Shown piece by piece: positions 10,299 through 19,641 of a DNA stretch of 64,000 bases; positions within the stretch are counted from its first letter, which is position 1; each line of letters begins with the position of its first letter. Below the pieces are notes generated by a model. It made no database searches, was not told where the DNA came from, and saw nothing but the letters and a program-made list of their open reading frames with translations. The stretch is from a virus. The stretch lies in IMG/VR virus record IMGVR_UViG_3300042340_000194, positions 11,602 through 75,601 of that record. The stretch is one strand, 5' to 3'. The position numbers and the translations under genes are program-made.

Positions 10299-10799
10299 TC
10301 ATGGCGAAGAAAACGAATCCAACGCTTCGATCAATTCCGTTATGAACTGGCCCGGCAAATTACACCGAGTAATCAGCGCCAGCAGCTCTGACGCAAGGTC
10401 ACTTTTTTCTGCTACCGGCAGAGTGGAGCCTCCCAGAATCCACACGATGCAATCTAAGTAGTCTTTGTGATCTCCTCGATCTTGAAACGAATTTAACGCA
10501 GCAGATATGTTCATCGCGCCATACTTTGCTTCCGGAGTTGACGAAAGCGCTGCCGCAACAATGCTGACGTAGCACGGATCGCGCAGTCCTTCCCGGTATT
10601 CGATCCAGTCCGGCGGGGCGGGTGGTGCCGGCAAGGCCATCCATTCGGCCAGGTCGGCTTCGCTGGGCATAGGGTAACCCATGGCGTCCGCATCCCAGTG
10701 GTAAATCTCATCGGCTGTGCCATTAAACAAAACTCCCCAATCCACAAGCGACACCGAATGCGGGAAACGAGCGGCGATAGCTGCAGCAATTCCTACCAT
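10299..10799 (-). CDS. fibre-associated chaperone (XkdW-like N-terminus)
   Basis: IYHWD..PMPSEADL motif; directly after the fibre gene. Confidence 0.4.
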   Translation of the reverse strand: MVGIAAAIAARFPHSVSLVDWGVLFNGTADEIYHWDADAMGYPMPSEADLAEWMALPAPPAPPDWIEYREGLRDPCYVSIVAAALSSTPEAKYGAMNISAALNSFQDRGDHKDYLDCIVWILGGSTLPVAEKSDLASELLALITRCNLPGQFITELIEALDSFSSP

Positions 10800-13348
10800 G
10801 ACGGAACCTCAATAGCCATTAGCTGAGTGGTATCAGTAGTGGGGTGCCCATAAACGTTTGTTACGTTAGCTGATTTGTACGCTTGTAACTTTATCCTTGA
10901 TGTTGCCAATAAAGCGACCAAAGCGTAGGGCTGGCATGAAGGGTAGCAGGAAGCTGCAAAGGCAGTCATCTCGTGCGCCGTTATAGCTACAGATGTATTT
11001 GAATTAAAAATCTGGCCAATCAATCGCGTAGCCGAGCCAGTAGTATTGTCCCACATTAAATGCGCCATAAGAATGTACTGCCCAGGCCGAAAATTTATTA
11101 TTCTGGAGTTAGCCGTATCTGCCATCGCCCCAGTATTATCAACATCAACACGAGAAAACGTCACGTCGGTCATCGTTAAATTCGAGATTGTCTGGTTTGA
11201 TGTCAAGGAGATCTGGCATTGCATAGGCTTGGTCACCCCAGAAAGCTTCAGCCATCCAGATCCGTCGCAATAAAGCACGGCAGACTCACCGGCCCACATG
11301 ATACGCCTATTCTGACCATTTATCAATTCAGAGGCATTGCCGCTAATTGTAAATCTCCTAGTCGCCGCGTCACTAATGCGAAATGATATAAACTTGCCAG
11401 CGTTACCGGCTGCAGCTGGCAAAGTTACCGTGTAATCAGCAGTTGTCCCAGATATAAGATGTTGCCTGCTTATTGTTGCTGTGGCTGTTGTAGTTACTGC
11501 AACTTCAGAACTTGCAAGAATGGCAAGGTAGTCAGAGCCACTGTCGGTGGCAGTGACGGTGAGTGCGCCCGCAACGATCGACAAACCAGAGCCCAGGGGA
11601 TAGACCTGCGGCGCCCCGGTGCCGCTCTCGCGGCCTAGCACGCCGGCCGTCATGGTCAGCCCGCTGGAGCCGATTGCCCCAGCAAGCGCCCGGCCAGCAA
11701 TGTTGCCGACAATCTTGTTAATTGCTTGAAGGATTGAATCTGTGGCGGCAACAGTTCCCGCCTCAGCAACAAAGCCCGTTAGTGCCGATCCAATCGCTCG
11801 GGCTGCGGCAAAGAATTGGTTGCCGCCGGTTTCCGTAAGGTCGCCTGTGCCACCAGATGTGGCCACCGTGGCTAGGCCCGAAACCTGGCCCGCCGAAATC
11901 GTCGGAATATCGCTAGCCACCAGAGATCGAAACGTCGGGGCTGCTGCCATGCCGGTCGCAGGGCCAGCCCATACCAAGTTTGCACCCTGGGCCGCCAGCG
12001 TGGCGGTCAGGGTCCCCGCCGTGGTGACGGGCGACCCGGTAACACTGAACAGGGCCGGCAGGCTCAGCCCAACACTGGTAACAGTGCCGCCATCAGGGCC
12101 ACCATGGCCGCCCGTGACGCTGATGGTTTGGTTGGGCCAGGTGCCGGTAATGTTTACGTGTGTGCCTGCCACCAGCCCAGGGGTGGCCGTTCCCGTGCCG
12201 CCATTGGCGATCGACAGCAGCCCAGACACCCCCGTCGCCAGGGGGAGCCCAGTGGCGTTCACCAGGCCCAGACTGGAGGGAGTGCCCCCTGCCCCGTCAA
12301 ACAGCACGGGGGCCCCCGTGGCGCCGGCGTTCACCGCCAGGGCATTGGCAATACCGGTTCCTAGGCCGCTGATGGTGCTCAGGGCCTGCGTGCCGGTGTG
12401 GTTGCTTCGGGCCAGGTAATAGGCCGCGTTGTTTGCCGCCAGGGCCGTCAGGTTTGCGGAGAGAGGCTGATAGCTGCTGGCTGCGCTGACTGTGGTCAGG
12501 TAGGCGGCCAGCGTTGAGGCCAGCCCTGGAGGCTGCACCGCCGTCGCGGCTAGGGCCCCCTGGGCAGAGCTGGCAAAGTCCCCCGCCGACGCCAGCGCCG
12601 CTGAACCCAGCTCTAGGCTTACGCGCCCAGTGGCAGCATTGAGCCCGGTAGCCCCGCCAGACCACTGCCCGCGCATTGAGTAGGCCGTATCCCAGTTGGT
12701 CTGGCTGGTGTTGCTCGGCAGGCTGAACCCTGCCGGCAGGCCCAGCGTGAGGGTGACGCTGCCGCCCGTGGTGGTGCTGCTTGTGCTCCAGCCGCTAGGA
12801 ACCGACAGCGCAACCGCTTGCACCGCCGCTTCAGCCTTTGCCCGGTTGCTGGGCGCCTGCAGCCCCGCCAGCTCAGCAGTCGCCAGCGGAACATCTGCAT
12901 CCTCTCCGGTACTGGATGTAAGCCTAAAGCCGTCTGGCCCACGTAGAGTTACTGAAAGGTCTGTCCCTACTGTGGGTTGGGGCGACGGAGTGATTGAGTC
13001 AGGTGTAGTCGATGAGTCGTAGAAATCATAGTAGCTATCAGTAAACCCTACTACTGCAATAGAATCTCTAAGTCTTTTATACTCTTGTCCATAAAGAGTG
13101 GAATCAAGACCTCCGCCTAGAGCTGCCCCCGAGGGTGCTCCTACTTGAGACCCGATTTGACTAATACGAGATGCGAGAAGATGTGCGGATAGATAGGCAA
13201 CCCCATCCATCCGCATACCGCCGTTTCCCCATACTGAGGCTGGAGTTTCGCGCTCAGCTTGCGCAATAATGGGGGTGATTACTCCAGCAGGCTGCTCCCC
13301 GAACTCGGGGAAACGCTCACAGAGGCTGGTAGCGTCAAACAGCGCCAT
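10793..13348 (-). CDS. head-tail adaptor (DUF4054-like) fused to a fibre-like domain
   Basis: N-terminal FPEF..WG..YLSAHLLA..LDSTLYGQEYKRLR; remaining ~740 aa is G/A/T/S-rich with fibre motifs (ARSNHTGTQ, GGTVTSVGLS). Confidence 0.7.
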   Translation of the reverse strand: MALFDATSLCERFPEFGEQPAGVITPIIAQAERETPASVWGNGGMRMDGVAYLSAHLLASRISQIGSQVGAPSGAALGGGLDSTLYGQEYKRLRDSIAVVGFTDSYYDFYDSSTTPDSITPSPQPTVGTDLSVTLRGPDGFRLTSSTGEDADVPLATAELAGLQAPSNRAKAEAAVQAVALSVPSGWSTSSTTTGGSVTLTLGLPAGFSLPSNTSQTNWDTAYSMRGQWSGGATGLNAATGRVSLELGSAALASAGDFASSAQGALAATAVQPPGLASTLAAYLTTVSAASSYQPLSANLTALAANNAAYYLARSNHTGTQALSTISGLGTGIANALAVNAGATGAPVLFDGAGGTPSSLGLVNATGLPLATGVSGLLSIANGGTGTATPGLVAGTHVNITGTWPNQTISVTGGHGGPDGGTVTSVGLSLPALFSVTGSPVTTAGTLTATLAAQGANLVWAGPATGMAAAPTFRSLVASDIPTISAGQVSGLATVATSGGTGDLTETGGNQFFAAARAIGSALTGFVAEAGTVAATDSILQAINKIVGNIAGRALAGAIGSSGLTMTAGVLGRESGTGAPQVYPLGSGLSIVAGALTVTATDSGSDYLAILASSEVAVTTTATATISRQHLISGTTADYTVTLPAAAGNAGKFISFRISDAATRRFTISGNASELINGQNRRIMWAGESAVLYCDGSGWLKLSGVTKPMQCQISLTSNQTISNLTMTDVTFSRVDVDNTGAMADTANSRIINFRPGQYILMAHLMWDNTTGSATRLIGQIFNSNTSVAITAHEMTAFAASCYPSCQPYALVALLATSRIKLQAYKSANVTNVYGHPTTDTTQLMAIEVPSW

Positions 13349-13352
13349 CGGC

Positions 13353-13796
13353 TTAGCTGCCTCCGGTTAAAGTATCAATGCGTTTTTGAATAGCAGTGCG
13401 GACAGGCACGCGCTGGTCTTGCTCCAGCCAGGCTGCTAGACGCTGGAGATCATGAGTAGTTGTAATGACCTTGGTTGCATCTGGTAGTTTGAGATTAGCA
13501 ATGGAGACATCCTCAGGAACTTTAAGGTCAGCTTCACTTAGAACTTCTTTGACCTCATCGCTTTCCATGACGCGGAGGGCGCCTAGATCCAAAAGACGGA
13601 GTGCATGGGGTCCGTGCGTTCCTGCTTTGATACTCTCCCAGTCGTCCTCGGGGATATTGTTGATCCCTTCGCGGATAGTCACACGAGTGGATTCCTCCGT
13701 TTCCTTAGAGATCGTGGTGTAGGTAATAGAACACCCATCCATAGGGGGGTTCTCCAGTGCAGGGCTGTAGAAAATGTTGACTCGATCGTGGCTCAT
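13353..13796 (-). CDS. head-associated hypothetical protein
   Basis: 147 aa between capsid and adaptor genes. Confidence 0.6.
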   Translation of the reverse strand: MSHDRVNIFYSPALENPPMDGCSITYTTISKETEESTRVTIREGINNIPEDDWESIKAGTHGPHALRLLDLGALRVMESDEVKEVLSEADLKVPEDVSIANLKLPDATKVITTTHDLQRLAAWLEQDQRVPVRTAIQKRIDTLTGGS

Positions 13797-13829
13797 GGGG
13801 AGATTTGTGTAGGGGCCGCTGGTAGCTTA

Positions 13830-14744
13830 TCAGGGTTTGTCCATCGCCATGACGGATCGGGGGAAGTAGATGGCCACACCACCGTGGCGGGCGTGGGCGG
13901 GAACGGTATATTCCAGGCCCTGGAGTTGAGGAGGGAAAAACTCCAGTGGCTGGGGGAGGTGCATCTCCAGCTTGTCCGGGTTACGCTCATAGGTCATGAT
14001 CCGGTCTTTAGACAAGAACCCGCCGGATTTAGAGGCAGTAAGCTCATTGATGGGTTCAATGTCCTTAATAACCTCGTTGGTATCGAGGAAAAACTCCATG
14101 ACAGTGGTGTCCGAAGCCGTCCCGAGCTTCATTGTGGAGATCTTTCGGAACACATTGTACGGAACCAACATGGTGTCTGGTTGTTCTTTCATGTTGCTGT
14201 TCTCGACGATCCGGGTTACCGGTTCATTGAGGAGTTCGAGAACTTCATCGGCGGTGATGCCGGACGTGTCGAACCACTTATCAGGTACGATCTTGTCGAG
14301 TTGATCGGAGTTGAAGAAGCCGCGAAGGCCGGCAGCAGGATCTCCGAAGTAGGAAATGCGCTGCATAGTTTCTTCATAGACGCGACGCACAGCGTTAGCG
14401 CGGCGTTGCTCCAGGTTTGTGTTGGGGACTTCAGCCGCAGCTCGCAGCTCCTGGACGGTGTAGCCAAAGCTGGAACCGTAGGATTCAACCTTGTGGGTTA
14501 CTTCCTTACGGAACACATCAGCGCGGGGGAGATCCTTTGCCTTATCGGCAATTCGCCGCATGGAGCCTTGTTGGTCGTAGATCCTATATGTGTAGGAATC
14601 CTTCCCATTAGACACCTCGCTGTTAATGGGGAGTACACTAGCGTATTTGATGTCGGCATACTCGACTTCAAAAGCCCTAGTGATGATATGCTCAAGTTCC
14701 CTCGCGAGGAAGAAACCGTGGTTGTCGAGGCGTTGGTTGGACAT
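13830..14744 (-). CDS. major capsid protein (DUF2184/encapsulin-like HK97 fold)
   Basis: FLARELEHI, DLPRAD, GYTVQELRAA and GGVAIYFP motifs. Confidence 0.9.
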   Translation of the reverse strand: MSNQRLDNHGFFLARELEHIITRAFEVEYADIKYASVLPINSEVSNGKDSYTYRIYDQQGSMRRIADKAKDLPRADVFRKEVTHKVESYGSSFGYTVQELRAAAEVPNTNLEQRRANAVRRVYEETMQRISYFGDPAAGLRGFFNSDQLDKIVPDKWFDTSGITADEVLELLNEPVTRIVENSNMKEQPDTMLVPYNVFRKISTMKLGTASDTTVMEFFLDTNEVIKDIEPINELTASKSGGFLSKDRIMTYERNPDKLEMHLPQPLEFFPPQLQGLEYTVPAHARHGGVAIYFPRSVMAMDKP

Positions 14745-14816
14745 GGTCAGAGCCTCTCGCGAGGGGAAATAGAAGGAGGGAGGGTTAAGTAGTGGGGGAC
14801 CTGTGATGGTCAGGGA

Positions 14817-15440
14817 TTAGGTGTCGGCGGTGAAGGTCGCGGCGGCCATCTCGATCTCCAAGACAGCCAGGCCAGCCCCGGTGGTCTTGGTGATCCAGCG
14901 GGCACCGTTGGTGAACAGGGTCGTCCGGGTGCCGGAGGCTGTTTTGCAGAACCTTCCCAGGAATGCCCCGGCCACGGTGCCGGAGTGGTCGGTATCCCAG
15001 AACCTGACAGCATCCGTCAGGGCCACGGCCTCGGTGACGTAGACCCAGATTTGGCCCCGGCGGATGACGTTGAGCGACTTCCGGTTGGGGTAGCCAGGCC
15101 GGCCATCGGCGGCCAGGTTGGTCCCTGGGATCCCGGCCGATAGATAGCTGGCATTGCCGGAGGTGACCCCTTCGAATGTGAAGGAATCCGCCAGGATGCC
15201 GAAGTTGCCGGTGACCCCGGTGGAGAGGGTCATGGCGTTATCGTCTCGACCGCCGGCTGTATCTACCTGCACCAAGGCTCCAAACGGCAGCGCCGCGCTG
15301 GTCTGATTGATCCCGGTGAAAGAGTCGTAAGAGTTGAGATTGGCCAGCATCCCTTCATGGGCACCAGCGGAAGTCAGGGGGTATGAACCTTGAACCCCGA
15401 TAGGGGAGGTTACTGTGGTTGGGGTGAAAGTTACAGGCAT
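14817..15440 (-). CDS. capsid decoration/cement protein
   Basis: LPFGALV and LNVIRRGQIWV motifs; between scaffold and capsid genes. Confidence 0.75.
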   Translation of the reverse strand: MPVTFTPTTVTSPIGVQGSYPLTSAGAHEGMLANLNSYDSFTGINQTSAALPFGALVQVDTAGGRDDNAMTLSTGVTGNFGILADSFTFEGVTSGNASYLSAGIPGTNLAADGRPGYPNRKSLNVIRRGQIWVYVTEAVALTDAVRFWDTDHSGTVAGAFLGRFCKTASGTRTTLFTNGARWITKTTGAGLAVLEIEMAAATFTADT

Positions 15441-15488
15441 GGCCGGAGGTGTGAGTAGAGGGGATTAGCCTTTAATAGAAAGCAAGAG

Positions 15489-16799
15489 TCATCGCCTCTT
15501 AGAAGCAGTCAGCGGTTTCTGCCAACTATTGTTGGTTTTTTGCTTGTAGCTATCGGAGGATGCTGCAGCATCGCGCCGTTGAACCCCGCGAAGGGCCGTG
15601 CGCAGCTTGCCGGTGGAATCGGCAGCATCGGTTCGGGGAGCTGGTTCGGCCTCGGGGGGATCTTCGGCATCAAGCGTGGCCAGGGCCCCCTCAACCCGGC
15701 CCCTCATTTGGGCGACTTCCATCTCCTCATCTGGGGCCTCACCGAAGATGTTTTCGTATGCTTGGACATACAACTCATCGGCCTCGATGCCGTCGAAGAC
15801 GAAATCGTCTTCAAAGGCGGGTGCGAGGAGTTGAAGAGTGTCGAGGCGGGCGGCTACTAGGGTGTCCAACCGGGAGGCTGGGATTTGAGCGAGAACCGCG
15901 TCGATGTTGTCTTCATCGAGGTGAATCTCACTGGGTTCCCCGGCATCAATCGTGGCCTGGAGCCCATCGGCCCGCCCTTCGGCGATCTCCTTCTCAGCCT
16001 CCAGGTCGGAAAAATCACTCTGCAGGGTATTTAGCTTTTCCTGCAGAGTGGAATTAGCAGTGCGCAGTTCAGTAAGGGCCTTGCTGGAATCCCTCACATA
16101 GGCTTGCACCAGCGGAGCATATTCAGAGGCAACCTCAACATCGACTCCATCGAGATTGATACGGGCCATAACGGGGTTCGCGGGGGGTACGGGCTCGGGG
16201 GAATCGAGGAGTGCTTGATCAAAAGATACCGCTGCCGTAGAATCCATTCGATCTAACAGCAACCTGACTTCTGGGCCAGCACGTCCTTTAGGGACAATGG
16301 CGATGTGGTTGACGCGGATATTGCGTTGGACACCGTCATAGGACTCGCCTGATGGTGTTTGACCGGGGGTAGGGTCATAATCGACTCGGTAGCCGGCGGA
16401 TACTTCTACAGCGTGATCGGGAGAATCTTTACGTTGGATGTTGTCGATGGATTTTTGGTCAGTGACAAGAAGCGCGACTTCAACAAAACCGTCGCTGAAG
16501 TGGACATGCGAGCCGGCATGCCCGATTTGATACATCTTTGTATTATCCGCATCAAGGAGCTGCGGAGGATGACGCCAAGTAACTGGCTTCATCCCGAAGG
16601 ATGCTAGGGTTTCTGGCTTTCCTACTTCCTCTTCCGGGCGGTACTCAGTTTCGACCCTGCCGTCAGCGCGGCGATATTTCTGGAGGCCAGTGCGGGCGGT
16701 GCGGGCCCGGACCTGGAGGTATCCCGACTCCGGGTCGATCTTGCAGCCGACGATAGGCAGCGAGAGGAAGTCGTATCGGGTAGCTGTTGCTAGGCTCAT
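15489..16799 (-). CDS. DUF2213 prohead protease/scaffold
   Basis: GYL..ARTGLQKY, YRPEEEV, EVSAGY, NIRVNHIAIVPKGRAGPEVRL; acidic coiled-coil C-terminus. Confidence 0.9.
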   Translation of the reverse strand: MSLATATRYDFLSLPIVGCKIDPESGYLQVRARTARTGLQKYRRADGRVETEYRPEEEVGKPETLASFGMKPVTWRHPPQLLDADNTKMYQIGHAGSHVHFSDGFVEVALLVTDQKSIDNIQRKDSPDHAVEVSAGYRVDYDPTPGQTPSGESYDGVQRNIRVNHIAIVPKGRAGPEVRLLLDRMDSTAAVSFDQALLDSPEPVPPANPVMARINLDGVDVEVASEYAPLVQAYVRDSSKALTELRTANSTLQEKLNTLQSDFSDLEAEKEIAEGRADGLQATIDAGEPSEIHLDEDNIDAVLAQIPASRLDTLVAARLDTLQLLAPAFEDDFVFDGIEADELYVQAYENIFGEAPDEEMEVAQMRGRVEGALATLDAEDPPEAEPAPRTDAADSTGKLRTALRGVQRRDAAASSDSYKQKTNNSWQKPLTASKRR

Positions 16800-16835
16800 G
16801 CACCAGTTTACGGCTGGCGTTTAGGGGTAATCAGC

Positions 16836-17885
16836 CTAGTAGCTTTTTAACAAAGCGGTCTCTAAACTTCTGTAATAACCTTTTACAACTTTGTCTACGT
16901 GATCGGTTTCATAAGTGCGCAGCGCGTTTTCTAGAGGATCCCATTGAGGAGCCCAACGCCTTTCAAATGTTTCTACTGCGTATTCTGATAAACCTACGCG
17001 GCGTGGTACTTGAGTAAGCTCGTTGATGAAATCGCGGGCGCTAGTTCGATTTTCTGTAGCGAACTCAGCTAGGCCGAAGTCGATGAATTTAAGGCTTCTG
17101 GTTTTTGGGTTAAACATTATGTTTTTTAAGTGCCCATCGTTGTGTACGAGACCACTAATGTGTAAAGAGCGATAGAGGTCTAACATTTGGCGTTTTAACT
17201 GTAGTGGTGCGGTGTATTTAAGCGAGAAAATACTAGAACTTACCCCATGCGTAGATAAAGGGGAATAATTGTTCAAGTGCTCCATGACCAATACCCGGTC
17301 AGTAGCTTTGTATAGCTGAGGGGATGGCACATTATTGATGTTAGCGTGCCTTAGTATCTCACCTTCAGGGAGTAAGCTTTCTGTGGGGCCGCTCAGGAAT
17401 TTATTAGGTGTCCCCCCGAGGTCGTTGTTCTTTAAGTATTTTATACCGTATTTATTAGACGGGTGGACAACATAATTACCGTAAGCACCTTGGCCCCCTA
17501 GACATCGTGGAGTCGGAACAAAGTCATCTTCTCTAATCCAGTGATCAATCTTGGATGCTGCACATGCAATTGCGTTGGCTTTCTTGTTATCTTCAAAGAC
17601 ATCCCACTGTTTGCCGCGCTTCCGCGCCTCAGCTTCGATCCGATCCCAGTCCTCACCAGGGGCGGTGAATCCCTTCCAATCGGGGTCGCGGCGAACGAAA
17701 CGGCGGGCGGCGGAGATGCCTAGGGCTGCGATCCCGGCCCCAAGGGCGACTTTGCCGATCAGGCTCGGGGTGATTGTTGGATTAGAACTGGGCGCAGTGG
17801 TCTTTTTGGAGCATTTCTTGTTGTCTGGTATGCCTGACGCACCGCATTTTTTGTCGAATCTTAGTGAAGCGGTGGTTATGGGCAT
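16836..17885 (-). CDS. protein-kinase-like effector with N-terminal RxD-Cys motif and hydrophobic helix
   Basis: GGQGAYG loop, IKY lysine, LVMEHL, HNDGHLKNIM, IDFG. Confidence 0.8.
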   Translation of the reverse strand: MPITTASLRFDKKCGASGIPDNKKCSKKTTAPSSNPTITPSLIGKVALGAGIAALGISAARRFVRRDPDWKGFTAPGEDWDRIEAEARKRGKQWDVFEDNKKANAIACAASKIDHWIREDDFVPTPRCLGGQGAYGNYVVHPSNKYGIKYLKNNDLGGTPNKFLSGPTESLLPEGEILRHANINNVPSPQLYKATDRVLVMEHLNNYSPLSTHGVSSSIFSLKYTAPLQLKRQMLDLYRSLHISGLVHNDGHLKNIMFNPKTRSLKFIDFGLAEFATENRTSARDFINELTQVPRRVGLSEYAVETFERRWAPQWDPLENALRTYETDHVDKVVKGYYRSLETALLKSY

Positions 17886-17939
17886 GATTACCGGTGGTAT
17901 GTATGCTATTCTAGCGAGGCACCTGCGTGGACACTTGTC

Positions 17940-18413
17940 TTGGGTTTTATGGATAGAGAGACTCTGGTCAAGCTAAATGGCGATGTGGCGCAGTTAAAAG
18001 GTATTATGCAGCCTTTTAATGATGCTGCCGCTCAGGCCAATAAAGGTTTTATTGAGCTTGGGCGTACTCTGAACTTAGAGGCCCAACGGCGCAATGCCAT
18101 CTTGCGAGCATTGTTTTATTCATCGGTCAAGGCCGCATCACCTACTATTGGGCGTAAACGTCGCGCCCGCAGGGCTAGGGGAAGGCGGCTAGAGGTCAAG
18201 GCAGGAAATAAAACCAATAACGAGTTTCAGTCATACGACAGTGTCTGTCCTCCGATTAGTTCAAACCATATTGCGATCAGCGAAGATGGCGAACTCAGTT
18301 TTGTTTACCGTGCTCATATTGAGCACACATCAGGAGTGACTCCTGATGGGTCAGAATATAAGGCCATTGTAAGATCAATAAAACCAATCAGTGCTAGGAT
18401 TAAGGCGTTATGA
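17940..18413 (+). CDS. hypothetical protein with Arg-rich motif
   Basis: First gene of a plus-strand cassette with overlapping stop/start junctions. Confidence 0.55.
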   Translation: MGFMDRETLVKLNGDVAQLKGIMQPFNDAAAQANKGFIELGRTLNLEAQRRNAILRALFYSSVKAASPTIGRKRRARRARGRRLEVKAGNKTNNEFQSYDSVCPPISSNHIAISEDGELSFVYRAHIEHTSGVTPDGSEYKAIVRSIKPISARIKAL

Positions 18414-18679
18414 TATCCCCACTCCTCATGATAGACTTTGTAACCGTACAAACCACTGTAGCATTTGAGTTGTACATGGACGAACCCGCTGGTGGGTCTA
18501 GCCTAGAGGATCTAAATACTAGGATCTTAGTATTTAGAGAGAAGCTTATCGAGATTTATGGTTGCAATCCTGCAATTCTACGTGTAGTGGAACACCCTTT
18601 CTGGATACTTAATCCAGTGGCGGATCAGCCATTTAATCTAGTTAAACCACGCTCTTATTTTTCAAACTGCCATGTTTAA
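18410..18679 (+). CDS. hypothetical protein
   Basis: ATGA overlap with the upstream gene. Confidence 0.5.
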   Translation: MISPLLMIDFVTVQTTVAFELYMDEPAGGSSLEDLNTRILVFREKLIEIYGCNPAILRVVEHPFWILNPVADQPFNLVKPRSYFSNCHV

Positions 18680-19013
18680 GGACGACCTAGGGATAAACAT
18701 ACAAAATGCTGCTTGCAGTACTACAGGCATGACTGCTGATGAAATGCTTGAACTACTAAATGAGCCGGTTACGCGCATCGTAGAGAACTTTAACATGAGG
18801 GAGAAACTGGACACTATATTGCTCGATTCTAAGCAGTTTGCGTCTATATTATCTGAACGCACCAAGGCGGCAATGAATCGCGTCTATCACAATACGAGAC
18901 CTAACTATCTACCTATCTTTGTTAACGCCTCCCCCACTATTGGACGTAAACGCCGCAACCGTCGCGCTCGGGGGCGTAAACTAGCAGCTAATCGCCAAAA
19001 AGCTTGTGCTTAA
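18672..19013 (+). CDS. hypothetical protein containing a major-capsid-derived segment and Arg-rich motif
   Basis: TADEMLELLNEPVTRIVEN matches capsid TADEVLELLNEPVTRIVEN. Confidence 0.65.
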   Translation: MFKDDLGINIQNAACSTTGMTADEMLELLNEPVTRIVENFNMREKLDTILLDSKQFASILSERTKAAMNRVYHNTRPNYLPIFVNASPTIGRKRRNRRARGRKLAANRQKACA

Positions 19014-19611
19014 GAACGACATCTGGATAGGACAGCAAGCTGCCGCTGGGATGATCGAGCCCTATCAGGAATGTCTGTTGCGCCGCATTGAAACCTGGGA
19101 GGATAGCATTCTACAAGTAAAGCCGGTGTTGTCTTTTGGTGTTAGCAGTTATGGCTATGACATCCGGCTGTCGGCTCAGGAATTTATGACCTTCCGCCAT
19201 GTCCCTGGCACGGTGATGAACCCCAAGCGGGCCAATCCCGCCAACCTGGAGCCGGCCCCTCTCCATCAGGACGAGGATGGGCGCTACTTCATCCTGCCGG
19301 CGCATACCTACGGCCTCGGGGTAGCTCTGGAGAAATTGCGGGTGCCGCCGAATATCACTGTGATCTGCTTGGGGAAAAGCACTTACGCCCGGTTGGGGAT
19401 CATTGTGAATACCACGCCGGCAGAAGCGGCATGGGAGGGGCACCTAACCCTGGAGTTCAGTAATTCTTCTGGTGCTGATTGCCGTATTTATGCCGAAGAG
19501 GGTATCTGCCAACTGCTTTTCTTTGAGGGGGATCCCTGTGAAACTACTTATGCGGATCGGAATGGTAAATATCAATATCAGCCGGAACTGGTGACATTAG
19601 CAAGGGTTTGA
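19006..19611 (+). CDS. dcd: dCTP deaminase
   Basis: SSYGYDIRL, GKSTYARLG, TPAEAAWEGHLTLEFSN, YADRNGKYQYQ; picocyanobacterial type. Confidence 0.95.
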   Translation: MLKNDIWIGQQAAAGMIEPYQECLLRRIETWEDSILQVKPVLSFGVSSYGYDIRLSAQEFMTFRHVPGTVMNPKRANPANLEPAPLHQDEDGRYFILPAHTYGLGVALEKLRVPPNITVICLGKSTYARLGIIVNTTPAEAAWEGHLTLEFSNSSGADCRIYAEEGICQLLFFEGDPCETTYADRNGKYQYQPELVTLARV

Positions 19612-19641
19612 TTCTTACTTTATTGTGAAACATAATTAAGG

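Noticed and set aside
13605-14792. 395 aa plus-strand ORF and similar antisense ORFs (e.g. 11742..12419, 60329..60874)
   Set aside because: Shadows of well-supported genes on the opposite strand, with no recognisable motifs.
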